Part shown: positions 27,660 to 42,299 of the stretch, piece by piece
Position numbering within the stretch: the stretch's first letter is position 1
How the letters are laid out: each line of letters starts with the position of its first letter
Origin: Octopus bimaculoides
Lineage: Eukaryota
DNA length: 62,862 nucleotides
Reading direction: 5' to 3'
Assembly (NCBI RefSeq): GCF_001194135.2
Contig: NC_068992.1
Coordinates: 20,759,174 to 20,822,035, forward strand
Made by a program: the position numbers and the translations under genes
Notes under the pieces: model-generated
Told to the model about the DNA's origin: nothing
The model's database searches: none
The model's input: only the letters and a program-made list of their open reading frames with translations

Positions 27660-28794
27660 NNNNNNNNNNNNNNNNNNNNNNNNNNNNNNNNNNNNNNNNN
27701 NNNNNNNNNNNNNNNNNNNNNNNNNNNNNNNNNNNNNNNNNNNNNNNNNNNNNNNNNNNNNNNNNNNNNNNNNNNNNNNNNNNNNNNNNNNNNNNNNNNN
27801 NNNNNNNNNNNNNNNNNNNNNNNNNNNNNNNNNNNNNNNNNNNNNNNNNNNNNNNNNNNNNNNNNNNNNNNNNNNNNNNNNNNNNNNNNNNNNNNNNNNN
27901 NNNNNNNNNNNNNNNNNNNNNNNNNNNNNNNNNNNNNNNNNNNNNNNNNNNNNNNNNNNNNNNNNNNNNNNNNNNNNNNNNNNNNNNNNNNNNNNNNNNN
28001 NNNNNNNNNNNNNNNNNNNNNNNNNNNNNNNNNNNNNNNNNNNNNNNNNNNNNNNNNNNTATATATATATATATATCGTGTTTATGTATATTTACGTGTG
28101 TCTATGTGTGCATATGTTTGCATCACTGTCTCTGTGCGTACTTGCGCACGTGCGTGCGTGAATGTGTTTATATGTCTGTGTGTGTGAGTGTGTGTGTTTG
28201 CATATGTATGTGAATGTAGATTGTTTAATTGCTGCTGTATCAGTTAATTGTGGAGAAATTCATCCAATTATTGCTAAGACGATTATTCAGTGTAAAATTA
28301 TAGAAAGAATGATGGATGATAGTTAGGCTTATGCCATCGAAATTCCCACACATACCAAAGAATATAGAAGTAGTGATAATCGCAAGCATCTAAGACAATA
28401 CTTGGCTAATTTTCGAATGATAATTAATCACATATGAGTCTTCGTAAGGTTATTCATTTATTCCACTTAATTATTCCTGCATCTCAAGTCACCATTTTAA
28501 GACTGGTGCCATTCATAAGCAGCATATACATTATATTTTCGCAACACATGGAGGTGAGTTCAATGTTAGATGGGTTGTCCGTATAATAATCTGAGCAAGT
28601 AAACTTTAAATTTAATGTTGAGACATGAATTTTGTTGGTCAAAGTTATGCGCTTAACATATAAGATGATATCGCATGAATTATGAATAGAGGAGAAAAGG
28701 TTAATGGAACAGCAAACATTTCGTTTATTGTTTTTTCTTACACATCTGTGAGCGAAACTATGCAAATCAAATAATAGCATATATGTATGTATTG

Positions 28795-28842
<48 letters not shown>

Positions 28843-31207
28843 CAAATAAAAATCACCTTATAGGAAAGACATAAACTACGAACAATAGTTATGAAGAAAA
28901 AGCATCTTCAATTCACCTGCCATTTAGGAAGAAATTTATGATGCTTTTCTGCCATAAATTAGCGTTATCACAAGCATAAAAATGATTTTGCCTTTCACTT
29001 GTACAATTTTATATTATTTCTGTTTAAAAGAAAACATTTAATACCAAAGTCATTTTCAAATATTTGTTAAATGGAAAAATAATCTTGCAAGTTAATAAAA
29101 TATTTCATGTAATGCTTTTTAAATGATATCTATCGTAATAAATTCCTAGAATTTCTACACAAATATCTTCCAATTTGACATACGAATAAGGAATTCAGAA
29201 TAGAATGCACAGTGATAAAGTTAGAAATGTATGTGCGTCTGTATATGTTAGTAGTATGTAAGTACGGGTGTGCATACCTATGTGTATATATCTAAGATTA
29301 TTTGAAAAATCTCTTAAAATTACGAACCGAACGTTATTCTATTTTAAGACGGTCTAACAATAAATTCAATCTCACACTTTGACCCAGACTTGGTCTGTTT
29401 GTTCACTCTCACCTTTCTTTTACTTCGTCTGTTTCTTTCATTCCTGTCTTTCTCTCTCACCTGACTTGCACTACATTTACTAAATAAAACTTATTCATGT
29501 TGACGTTTATGTATATCTATTAATGAAGCTCAGAAATATTTTATGGGAGGGTGTAGAAAATCATTTTCCTATGTTTTTCATTCGTTACCCACTATGCTTT
29601 TTTAAATGTTCCAATTTTCCTCAGTTATCGTTAGGGTTTAGTCTTTCTGTTAACATATGTGCTTTATAACGAGGTGGTTCTGGTTGTTCCAATTGAATTA
29701 TGGCGGCGTAGCCGTTTGTTTTATAAAGTTACATACACAAAATAGTTAGGTTTGCATGCCATAGCTTATTTTTGTGTTCCCTGGCATGGCGGTTACTCGA
29801 TTATGTTACTAGAACAATTGAGTAGATTAAATCTATTTATCCACTATTATTGATTTAAGAGTGATAGAATTGTGTGAAACAATTGTAGTCTGAATTATGA
29901 TACCAGGTCCATCGTACATAAAAATTGGGTTGTTTAAGCGAACAACCCATGCGTTCGCTATCATGTTTTCTGACATGATAAGGTATGGATAGTATTTATG
30001 GTACATGCCCAATCGATTTGGCTATTCCTTTAATATAGACATGGGGAAGCCTATCAGATGTGCAAAATATCAAGCTTTCAGTTTGTTTGACACTCTATTG
30101 ACTAGGCTAATTAAGTCTCAAGTTTCATGATTTCTAGTGTACTGTTTCATGAATTACTAGAGCAGAAAACGAAGGAAAATATTCACATTGTCATGAATCC
30201 AAATACTTGGTCAAACGAGCTTTTTTATCTATTTCCAGACGTGAATAAATTACACATAAAATTTGTATGTTTGTAAATAATTAGAACAACAAAATATGTG
30301 AGTTTCAGAAGAAAAGAAATGATAATGTATCAGAAAAATGTCTACGCCGTGTCGTTAATTGTGTTGTAGCGTGGATCAATTGGCTCGGTAAGCGAAGACA
30401 GTCACGTGAATATGTACTATATTGTCTCACGAATTAAGTTCAGTAAACCGACAGATATTACAAAGATGCGTGTGTACAGATAGGTGTATATGTATGCATG
30501 TATATGTGTGCGTTTGTATGTATAGAACTATTTTATTATTCGTTTTTTTCTTTCAATATCTGTAGTAAGATCCAGTTTCTAACATAGATCCAAGGCTGCA
30601 CTGAAATTACAACAACTTCAATAGGGTATTTTTGCATATATTTAGGTATATGTGCCGTATTTGGAGTCCGTCATGTGCAGATTTGTATGTTTTTTTTTTA
30701 TGTATGTATTCTCAGGCATATACTTCTATGTCTAGACGAATGCATATATACTTAAATAAGTATGTAAGTGTATATGTATTTATGCGTGCATGTAGATAGA
30801 TAGGTAGGTAGGTAGGTAGGTAGGTTGGTAGGTAGGTAGATAGGTAGGTAGGTAGGTAGGAGTGGGTGTATGTGTATGTATAGTAATAAAAATCATTAAA
30901 AACTTAATTCGTCTGTATAAATGCTATAAAACATATGCCTATTTCTACGACAATAATAATGGCTGCGATAATAAACTAAGGTGTTCATTTCGGGCGCTAA
31001 TCTAATCCAGTCAGGAATATTATGGTTAAGTAATGAGGTATAGCAGAATAGATAGTGTCAGTTAAAAAGGTAATAACATAGTAATTAAGAGAGGAAGCGA
31101 AAGTGGAGACGTCATAAAAACAGCGATGCGGCTACGCACGTTTGCACATATTTGACAATACCTGTACATAATCACACGCGCACACTACTTACATCAGCGC
31201 CTATATA

Positions 31208-31296
31208 TAAGAAAGAACTTGAAACAACGGAGTACAAGTAAAGTTTGAAGTCTCGAACCGAAAACTTTTTCGAGAGGAGAGAAATTTTGACTGATG
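31208..31296 (+). repeat. Unclassified dispersed repeat, copy 2
   Basis: See 26638-26727. Confidence 0.7.
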
Positions 31297-31735
31297 CCAT
31301 AACATGCCGGGTTCAGTCTAGCAGTGTGGCACAATAGGAAAGTGTCTCCTACTATAGACTCAGGCCGAACAAAGGCTTGTAAATAGATTTGGTAGACGAG
31401 AACTGAGAGAAACCCGTTGTATATGTATATGTGTGCGTTCGTGTGTGCGTGCGTGTGTGCGTGCGTATGAGTGTGTGTGCGTGTGTGTGAATCTCTGTGT
31501 CATCGTTTTTCTGCTACCACCGCTTGATAACCAGTTTCGGTGTGTTTATGTCCCCGTAAGTTAACGATTCTGCAAAAGACTAAAATAAGAATCAGTATTA
31601 AGAATAGAATAAGTGCTAAGCTTTAAAAACTACCAGACCCGGGGGTCGATTTGTTCGACCAAAGCCCTTCAAGGTGGAACTCCCAGCATGGATGCAATAA
31701 AATGACTAAAAAAAGTAGAAGATAAGAAATAAAAC
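31297..31735 (+). mobile_element. SINE family C with internal (TG/TGCG)n linker
   Basis: gggttcagtc...aagtgtctcctactatag...gatttggtagacg...[microsatellite 31420-31495]...cgcttgataacc...gtccccgtaa...gggggtcgatttgttcgac...cccagcatgg. Confidence 0.85.
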
Positions 31736-32440
31736 AAGTGTGTGTGAGTATGGATATGTGTGTGCGTGCGCCTTGGTGTGTACGCACATACAAGATATCA
31801 TCAAGAAGAATGGAGATTTAAACATCTTCAAAAAAAACGTTTTTAATTATTATTCTCATTAAATTCCAATCCAACACCTGTCCTTAACTAGCTGATTCAG
31901 AAAGGAACACTGGGAACTGGAGGACAAAGGGAGTGATTTCATTTAACAAGTACGACCCGCAAAGTAACGTGAATTGGATCCTATACAGCAACGCTCAATT
32001 GTACTTCATATACACACAAAAGAGAAGTCAGCTGTCAACATCTTTTCTCCATAGATTTTCTGAAGAGCTGGTCCAAACGCTGACATATAAAAATACCAGG
32101 CAATAATATTAACCATTGACCTGCATTATTAGGTGTAGGCCTTTATTAATATATTCAATACATATTAGAGTTATGATGTTTTCTCTCTGATACTGTTAAC
32201 AATAACGGTCGCAGAACTATATATACTGGCAATTGACACTGTAGGCATGCGCCGGTCGAGAAGAAGTCTGAAGTGATTGACTCCGCTTCAAACGCTTATA
32301 TCATTTAAACCAGCATTCGTTCAACCCCATTTCTGTATAGCAGATGTTACAAGACATCGTTCGGATCTAAGAAACAGCTGTAAGCAAATATAAGTAAGTA
32401 TGGAACATATATTATTTTGTTATTCATTTATTTCTCCCTC

Positions 32441-32473
<33 letters not shown>

Positions 32474-34664
32474 ATATTTATATATATATATATATATATA
32501 NNNNNNNNNNNNNNNNNNNNNNNNNNNNNNNNNNNNNNNNNNNNNNNNNNNNNNNNNNNNNNNNNNNNNNNNNNNNNNNNNNNNNNNNNNNNNNNNNNNN
32601 NNNNNNNNNNNNNNNNNNNNNNNNNNNNNNNNNNNNNNNNNNNNNNNNNNNNNNNNNNNNNNNNNNNNNNNNNNNNNNNNNNNNNNNNNNNNNNNNNNNN
32701 NNNNNNNNNNNNNNNNNNNNNNNNNNNNNNNNNNNNNNNNNNNNNNNNNNNNNNNNNNNNNNNNNNNNNNNNNNNNNNNNNNNNNNNNNNNNNNNNNNNN
32801 NNNNNNNNNNNNNNNNNNNNNNNNNNNNNNNNNNNNNNNNNNNNNNNNNNNNNNNNNNNNNNNNNNNNNNNNNNNNNNNNNNNNNNNNNNNNNNNNNNNN
32901 NNNNNNNNNNNNNNNNNNNNATATATATATATATATATACTTATATATAGGGAGACCTAAGGAGAATGTATATTCGCATTTCTGTTTGATCATCGTTTAG
33001 CTTATTCAGATACGCCTAGGGCTGAAAAAGAGACAGTTACCATTCAACAGCGACTCTCTGTCTACTGTATCACTCTATCTAATGGAAAGTGCTGTTCAAT
33101 TCCCTTAAACGCTGTCATGGATTCATTTATAAAGAGTGACGATATATAAGCTACGTATGAATAGGAGACAAGATTGTAAGAGAGGCAACACATTTGATGA
33201 CGAGCCTGATTGGTAGTATCTGACCTGGAGCTATATAACTTCAGAACATCATTTTGCGCTTTCTCCTTAATTAACTTAAAACATTTTTTCACGAGTCTCT
33301 TACATTAAAAAACCTTAATATACTTTCCTAGTATCAATGTGACACAATAATTTGATAGAAATTATATATCAAATTGTATATCTAGCAATAAAATATGAAA
33401 TGTATAATATAATATTTTCTTATTAACAATATTTCTGAAAAATGTTTTGTTGATGAACAGTATTTCTAAAATTATTACTTTTTGGGAGGCAATTTGTAGT
33501 GAAATGTATGAAAAAATTAATCAAAGAATAAACAAATATAATATAAAGCACATCGGAAATTTAGTCGTTCTATCAGGAGATCACGAATCATAGTGAGAAA
33601 AGAAAAAAAACATATTTGCTATTTCTTTCAGATGAACGCAAGCCATCTTCTGCATAACAATGACATACAACCATACATTCCCACATAAACACATTTATCT
33701 AACCAAAAGCTCATACAATCACACTTTTACCACGACGTGTGTCTGTCTACTTATGAGAGTATGCGTCTATTTGGCAATGATTAATTTTGTTTTTTCATTA
33801 TAATGTTCTTGCGATAGGACGAGAAAATGGATACTCTATCACGTGATATTACTAAAACTACGTGCATTCATTAAATAGATTTAATCGAGTTTTCAGATTC
33901 TATAAAGAAATGAAAAGCAAAATAAAAGAGAGAAAAGGCTGCATCTTCATAGCAAAACTATGGAATCAGACCGATATCACGATAGCATCGGATTCTATTA
34001 AGTCGATAATAATTTTAAATCATTTTAATCATTCGATTTATTGAAGATTTGTTCACATAAACGACTAGAAAATGAATGACATTTTCGCAGTATTCATACA
34101 CAAATGCATAATCAAATATACGCAAGCACGCAGTCACAGACCCATGCAAACGTACTTTAATACTGACATCCAAGGAGACACACATATATACACAGACAAA
34201 CACTGCGGATACGGGTTCAGTTACAACGTTCGCAACATTGAGCAAGTATCTTCTACTATAACTATATATATATATATATATATATATNNNNNNNNNNNNN
34301 NNNNNNNNNNNNNNNNNNNNNNNNNNNNNNNNNNNGTGTGTGTGTGTGTGCACTTTATTGAAAAGCAGCAAAAATTCACAAAAAACTGTTACTCAGAGTT
34401 TCACGTTCCCGTTCATCGGGCAGTCTTGTTTAGAAACGTGAGAGTTTTTGCGATGCTTTTGCTGCGTTTTAAAAAAGTATATTACTCTACCTATGGTATT
34501 ATGTACTATTTGTTCGATCTTGTTTCGAATGTATGTGCTTAATTTGGAATATATATATATATACTTACACTCGCACACATACACACAGATATATGCACAC
34601 ACGCACAGGCACAAACATCCCCCCACAGATAAGGGCCAGAAATTTTGAGGGGAGTAGTGTAGTT

Positions 34665-36677
34665 GATTCCTGTCTTAGCAGCAAAGCAGGCATGATCCAG
34701 GGTTTTGCAGACAGGAATAACATGAAGAATTTCTATGACAACTTGAAGGAAGTTTACGGCCCTACTACTGCAAGAACACTGTCTCCCCTCCTTAGTGCTG
34801 ACGGGGCAACACTGATCACCAATAAGGAAAAGGTATTAGAGAGATGGGCTGAAGATCTCGACAGCGTCCTGAATAGGCCTTCCACCATGAATGGTGAAGC
34901 CATCGGTAGGTTACCTTAAGTCCCCGTTGAATAGTCGATGGACGTCGAACCAACTGTGGAGGAAATTCAGAAAGCATGTCACCTACTGTCCAGTGAAAAA
35001 GCACCTGGTCCGAATTCATGCCAGCTGAAGTATTCAAAGAAGGCGGTATGGCACTGACCAGGAAAAATTCACCAGCTGTTTCAGCTGATTTGGATGCCCG
35101 ACACAAAGCCTCAAGATTTCAAGGACGCCAGCATCATCCATCTCTACAAACTAAATTGAAACCACCAGGTCTGTGACTATCATCGCGGAATTTCACTGTT
35201 GTTCATCACAGGCAACATTCTGGCTAGAGTTTTGCTCAACCGCCTCATTGTACACCTAAGGCAGGGTCTCCTACCTGAGAGCTAGTGTGGATTCCGGAAG
35301 GAGCGTGGGACTATCGACATGATGTTTGCTGCTAGAGAGCTGCATGAGAAGTATTGGGTGGAGAACGTCGACCTCTACTCCACCTACATCGACCGGATCA
35401 AGGCCTTTGATACTGTTAGTAGAGTAGGTCTTTGGAGAATCTTGGCGAAGTATGGACGCCCCAGAAAATTCATCACCATCGTAAGACAACTACACGATTG
35501 TATGTTGGCAAGGGTACAGGACAACGGAGAGACCTTTGATCCATTCCCTGTCTCCAACGGAGTGAAACAAGGATGTGCCATTGCTCACACATTCTTCAAC
35601 CTTACGTTCTCAGTCATTCTGACAGATGCTTTCAGGGGCACAGACATAGGTATCGGCATCAAGTACCAGTCCGACGGTTCAGTCTTCAACCTCGGAAGGC
35701 TCAAACCGAAAATCAAGGTTTCAGTAGACACCGTCAACAACCTTCTGTTCGCCGATGACTGCGCTCTCAATACTGCCACTGAGTCCAAGATGCAGCACAG
35801 CGTTGACTTGTTCTCTGGCACCTGCAACAACTTACTATCAATACAAAAAAGACTGAGGTAATGTATCGGCCAGCTACAACTAGCCCTACGTTGAACCCAA
35901 CATCACCATCAACGGGCAGCGACTGAACGCGGTGGACAATTTCACATACCTTGAGAGCACACTCTCTAGAAACGTTGTCGTCGATGACGAAATCAACACC
36001 AGACTCGCCAAGGCAAGCGCTGCCTTCGGCAGGCTACGCAAGATTGTCTGGAACTGGAGGGAGATCACCATCATGACAAAGAACAAGGTGTACCGGGCTG
36101 TTGCTCTCACAGCCTTGCTTTACAGCTGCGAGTCCTGGACGGTCCACCAGCGTCATGCTAGGAAGCTGAACCACTTTCATACATTACGACTCAGAAAACT
36201 TCTCGGCATAAAGTGGCAGGACAGGATCCTGGACACCAAGGTACTAATATGGGCTAACCTGCCCAGCATCCATACCATTTTGATGCAGTCTCAACTTCGC
36301 TGAGTAGGGCACGCAGCTCGCATGTCGGATGATCGATTACCAAAAAGATTGCTCTTTGGCGAGCTGCAAAAGGGAACGCGCTCACAAGGCAGCCAGAAGC
36401 GCTTTAAGGAAACACTGAAAGCCTTCAACATCGACCATAACACTTGGGAGCAGTCTGCTCTAGACTAAGAAAGGTGGTGATCAGCTGTCTACAAGTGTGC
36501 CAACACATGCTAGACCAAGTGGATCGCTGCTGTAGAAGACCGTAGACAAGCCAGGAAGAACACAGCTAACAACCCTGTAGCAGGCGTTACCATTCCCTGT
36601 CCACACTGTCAAAGACACATTCGGGCGCAGTTTGGGCTCAATAGCCATCTGCCGACTCACAAAAACAAGCCCCCCCC
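34665..36677 (+). mobile_element. RTE (BovB-like) LINE, 5'-truncated, decayed ORF covering the RT domain to the C-terminus
   Basis: IQGFADRNNMKNFYDNLKEVYGP...EKVLERWAE...KAPG...RGISLL...GFRKERGTIDMMFAAR...KAFDTVSR...VKQGC...LLFADDCAL...FTYL.STLS...RLAKASAAFGRL...LLYSCESWT...RLRKLLGIKWQDR...QLR. Many stops and frameshifts. Runs into a (CA)n(TA)n tract. Confidence 0.95.
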
Positions 36678-36711
36678 ACACACACACACGCGCACACACA
36701 CACACACACAC

Positions 36712-36750
<39 letters not shown>

Positions 36751-37066
36751 GTTGTTTAAAAGAGTTCCAACACTGTCTGTATTTTATGTTTTATTTATAT
36801 TCATATTCCTACAGAACTAATGTGGTGTATAGAATATGGAATATACAATATATAATATAATATACAATATACAATATAAAATAAAATAAAATAAAAATGG
36901 ATGGCACCATGAAAGAAAGTATTGAATGTAGATGAAATATTGAGTGTTCAATATAAAGGATCAAATATATAAATATATAAATATAAATATNNNNNNNNNN
37001 NNNNNNNNNNNNNNNNNNNNNNNNNNNNNNNNNNNNNNNNNNNNNNNNNNNNNNNNNNNNNNNNNN

Positions 37067-37123
<57 letters not shown>

Positions 37124-38171
37124 AAGACAGAGATATGGAAGTAAGCGTGATAAACATAAGTGATGGTGTAAGTGCTAGCTATGTATGAGGTTGATGCAAA
37201 CGGTTGTTACACTTAAATTGTAATGATAGGGTATTTGAGTGACCGCATGGTGATGGTGGACAAGATGTAGTTTTTACTCATTGGAAAGGGACTAAATACA
37301 AAACGACTTTTGTACTCAGTTCATCTTTACCAAGACAGTGTGATGCAATGAATATGAGAGACAGGAAGATGTGGCTCAGCAAGAGGACAGGAGTCTCGAT
37401 GCGATTTTATCGACAACCACGCTTGCAATTATGGCTGGATTCTGGTTAAAATGCGACAAGAGACAGGTAGTAGTCTTAAAACCTCAATGTTTTATTTGTG
37501 TATGAGTAGGAAACTGAGTGGGAATATTGAGAAATTGAAAAGAACGATCGTTTTGTATATGATTCGTCTCACAAACGGTATATGATTTGTCTCACAAACG
37601 TTAATCACTTGCAACAATGTTTTCGGATCAAATATGCACAGACAGATATATCATTCTTGAATAATTACCAAAAACGCATTGTGAATGTAGTGTCATTGCA
37701 TTGAGAAATATAAATTACAGGACATATGATATTACACACTTTCTGTCCAAAATAAAAGAAATGTTCGTTATGATAAAGAAGGGGATTTTCATAGGTACAC
37801 AACTGAATAAGTGTTATATTGATGGGAAAATGTTTTCTATTTGTAGTTGAAATTTGATACAACTCAGTTCGGCTTTGAAAAGTACAAATTTACAAGTTAT
37901 ACAATTTAATTATATTTTGTTGCTGAGTAAAACAAACCAGGAATGTTTACTTCAATCATTTCCATCTTTTACGCCGTTGGGAGAGATATGAAAACTAATT
38001 TTTAATGCCAGCCACGCACGTCTGTGAAGCTTACGCATATTTCCTTTATCAAAAGCGAATAAAGAAATTACTATCAAACATTATATAGAGTTTACTATAA
38101 ACCATGTTGATCTAATATTAGCAAATGAATTTACAAACATTAAATTCAAATGCAATATTTTATTCCTGTAT

Positions 38172-38510
38172 TCCTTTACTTCTTTCAGTCATTTGACTGC
38201 GGCCGTGCTGCGGCAAAATCTTGAGGGTTTTAGTCGAAAAAATTACCTCAAGTCTTATCTTTTAAGCCTAGTACTTATTCTGTCATCTCTTTTGTGGTAA
38301 AGCGTAATGATACAAGCGTAATGATACAAGGACGTAAACACACCAGAACAGGCTGTCAAAGATATATGCATAATTATATATACGAAGGTTTCTGTCAGTA
38401 TCCGTCCACCAAATCAGATTACGGGGCTTTAGTGGCACCGAGGCTATAGGAGAAGACATTTTCCCAAGATGCCAAGCAGTGGCACTGAATACATGAGTTT
38501 GGGAAGAAAT
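38172..38510 (-). mobile_element. SINE family C copy (short internal linker)
   Basis: tttcagtcatttgactgcggcc...tttagtcga...gcctagtacttattct...ggtttctgtcagtatccgtccaccaaatc...gaggctataggagaagacat. Confidence 0.85.
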
Positions 38511-39602
38511 GTTCTTTAAAATAATTAATTTTATTCTGGGAGCCAAATCGTCAAGAATGTGCGCTAATCAGACGAGATAGAAAAAGCAAGCAGAATAAAG
38601 ACTTAGCAATGAGAACATCAAAAATGGTACCACCAAAGAGCGATATGTTACTTAAACAACCTTTGAATTATAATTGTTATCAAGATTTCGAACCAGCATA
38701 AATCACATAAAATAGAACCAACCTCATCGATATTATATCAAATACCAGGCAGAACGAGACTGCGTTTTTTTTTAATATATTTTTTCGGTTTGTTGTTGGT
38801 TGGCGTACGTTTTGTCCCTACCTTAAAACTGCTGGCTTTTCAAGTGTTTAATATTCATTTACACGTTGGTGAAGCAAGTTGCTTCGCACAATTGTTTCAA
38901 GAGCGTTGCGATTTTAGGGGGATTTCCTGTTTACTATGCTAGCGTGCATAAGATGGTGTAAGACAGGCATAACATGGCTACATTGGATTCTTAAGATAAT
39001 GTGTATTATAAAGGTTTAAATGGCGACAGTTGTCATACAGGTGGGATTTTTCTTCTGTGTTCAAGTCGCATTTTAAAAGTATTTCAAAAAGTGATCTAAA
39101 CACTTTCAGGACTCATTAGTTATCCGACATTTAATAATTTAATGACTACGAATCCGTTGAGGTGTGGAAAAGTTGAGAGTAGTGGGAAAAGACCAAGCAA
39201 ATGTTGTACCCTCGCTGAAACAACGTCGGCCACGAAATTGACAAATCTTCCATTAGAATTCACTGAAATTCAAACGTTTTCGGTAAATGATAGCAATATT
39301 TTCCTGGCAATTTAATCTTGCTTGGATTTATATAGAATTAACTGGCAATTGAGAATATACTTAATAAAGATTCTTTTGTGGAGCGTTTATACATACCTGT
39401 TTAATTTTGCACATACCATTACATATATATATTTAGAGCGGGAGAGAGGTGGGGAGATTTAGAGAGATAGAGAGAGAGGGTGTAGGAGAGTAAGAGAGAG
39501 AGATTTATATGCATATACTATATTTGGAGTCATCCTGTGATTCTATATTAAGTTTATATTATATCGGATAACTATATATATATTGGTTCATTGTTATCCT
39601 AC

Positions 39603-39678
<76 letters not shown>

Positions 39679-41534
39679 TCATTGTTGTACTGCTATTCTA
39701 TATTTATATATATATATATNNNNNNNNNNNNNNNNNNNNNNNNNNNNNNNNNNNNNNNNNNNNNNNNNNNNNNNNNNNNNNNNNNNNNNNNNNNNNNNNN
39801 NNNNNNNNNNNNNNNNNNNNNNNNNNNNNNNNNNNNNNNNNNNNNNNNNNNNNNNNNNNNNNNNNNNNNNNNNNNNNNNNNNNNNNNNNNNNNNNNNNNN
39901 NNNNNNNNNNNNNNNNNNNNNNNNNNNNNNNNNNNNNNNNNNNNNNNNNNNNNNNNNNNNNNNNNNNNNNNNNNNNNNNNNNNNNNNNNNNNATATATAT
40001 ATACATACATTACTTGGAAAGTGCGAGCAAGAGAAATGATATTCTTAATATTATAAATGTGGAAAAGTACAGGACAAGTTATTACATCTAGTCAAGTACA
40101 GAAAAAGAAAATTTCTTACTTAAAATATTGCAACTAAGGATAAAATTTCAAATAAAATATCTAGATTTAGGAAACATTAGCTTTTATTAAATCCAAAAAA
40201 CGTATCACAAGTTATTACTTCTATTTCTTATTGATTGTTTCTTCCATTAAAAATAAGATATAACTCAATTAAAATATTTTTGGCACTTTAAAAAAAAATC
40301 ATTTTTTAAAATTATTAAATGATAATTTGAAATTTGAATAAATGTTATAAAATATATAGTAGTACATAACCAGTTAGTATATAAACTGGGAGTACATAAA
40401 TAGAATTATAAAAAAAGTAGTTATATATTACAGTAAAATCTACCTATAACAACAACTTCACTATAAAATTTGCTTGCGTTATTGCCTAAGTTATTGCCAA
40501 GTCTTCACATGTTTAGCCTTGACTCAATGCCTATTTCTTACATAATTAATTTGCCTACCATATACACTATTCTACTTGGCGTAAAACGTTAGCTATATTG
40601 GTACTTCTGACTCCCATTTTTTAAGTATTCTAGTGTTTAGCATATACTCACAAGGATTAAGATAACTCCGTCTAATATAATATATATATCTACAAAATGC
40701 ACTGCACAGTAAAATTATTTTTATCAAAAAACTGGCCATAGATTTAGAATTTTGTTCTTTGAACGATGTGGAAAACGTATTAAAGTATCTAAGAATAAGC
40801 ATATAAATAAATTTAAATCTACAACACAGTCGTGATTTCAATACAGATTTAAATGAAAATATGTTCCCCATGGACACATTTACTTACGCGTTATACATAT
40901 TCGTAGACGGCTATATATGTCTATATTCATATTTGCTTGTCTGCTTGAATGTAACTTTCAAAGTATTTTATTAGAAATTTATAATATTTTATGTCTTTCA
41001 AAGAGCTTTGGTTATAAATCTACAATTAATCTATAAATATCAATAGCGTCTAAGATTATTTCGAATGATTTCTCGATCAATTTACTACCAATTCATATTG
41101 AACATATATTTATATGATGTTCTTGATTATTTCAATTTTAATAATTTTACATATGGAATGGCAAATTGGAAGTGTTCGGCACGTATATTTCATTTGAGTT
41201 TTTATAATATACTGGAACTATTAAATAACTACGATGTTTCTAAACTAAGACATTAAGTTGGGGACGGTGGTATTAATTTAAATTAAATATTAATATTTAA
41301 TGCACAATTAGCTTCTAATTAAATTTTAATTTTTTAAAAGTCTCTACCTATTTATGAGTGAACATCATCAGGCACAAACGTACTTATACATTCTCTACGC
41401 ATGTATATTGGAAATTACTAGAAAGCAACAATAAACAAACCTTTCAGACAATAGTCACTCAGCCATCAACACGTGCAGACACACACACTCAGAAGCACAC
41501 GCACACAAGCATACACTCATACGGACGCGCATAT

Positions 41535-41567
<33 letters not shown>

Positions 41568-42299
41568 AAAGATGAAGTACGTGGTCGATTGGGTTAGCCT
41601 GGGTTTCACGTCCATAAAACGCTCAGTTTTGCAGCGTCTCTTCAAAACCTCATGGCGAGTGACCTATAGAATCTTTTCAAATTACAGGTGGAAAAACCTC
41701 ATGGCTACTGTTGAGCAGGCGGACAAAGTAGAAGGGCTATGCCCAAGGGATTGTCCCTCTAAAACTGCAATCCGTCATCGATCCCAGTTGGATTGTGGGT
41801 CCCAGTACTTCAGTAGGAGACTCCTGAAATGTAGGGAGGGTCCGAAGGCTTCGGATTAACGATTTTCTGACGATATAGATGTGCCTGGTATGTGTGTTGT
41901 GTGTATGTGTGTGTGTGTGTGTGTGTGTGCGTGTTTGTGTGTGTGTGTCTGTGTGTGTGTGTATGTGTCTGTGTATGTGTGTCTATGTCTGTGTGTGCAA
42001 ATAAAGCAATAAAATATATAGGTGTACGCATATTTAGTGCAGACTTTTAGAGTCTGTAAAATCAACTGCACATTTATTGGAAGCTATAGACAATTAATTA
42101 TATTTATCAATATATATAATCTGTATTCGGAATTAAACATTGTAACAACATTGTAAATTTATACACTTTTCGGCCATAACTTTTCAGTTAATAGTTTTCT
42201 CTCTTCTTCATTTCATTCTCATAAACATTAAATCAAATTTTAATGAATTTTGTTATCTATATATTATCTAAGAGGATTTTCATATACCTACATACGTAT

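Noticed and set aside
33062-33140. Minus-strand INESMTAFKG resembling the piggyBac IDESM..FKG motif
   Set aside because: Similarity stops after ten residues, with no flanking piggyBac motifs or TTAA-bounded TIRs.
37555-37600. 23-bp x2 tandem repeat (similar short duplications at ~38303 and ~56562)
   Set aside because: Only two units and no spacers; ordinary slippage duplication, not CRISPR-like.
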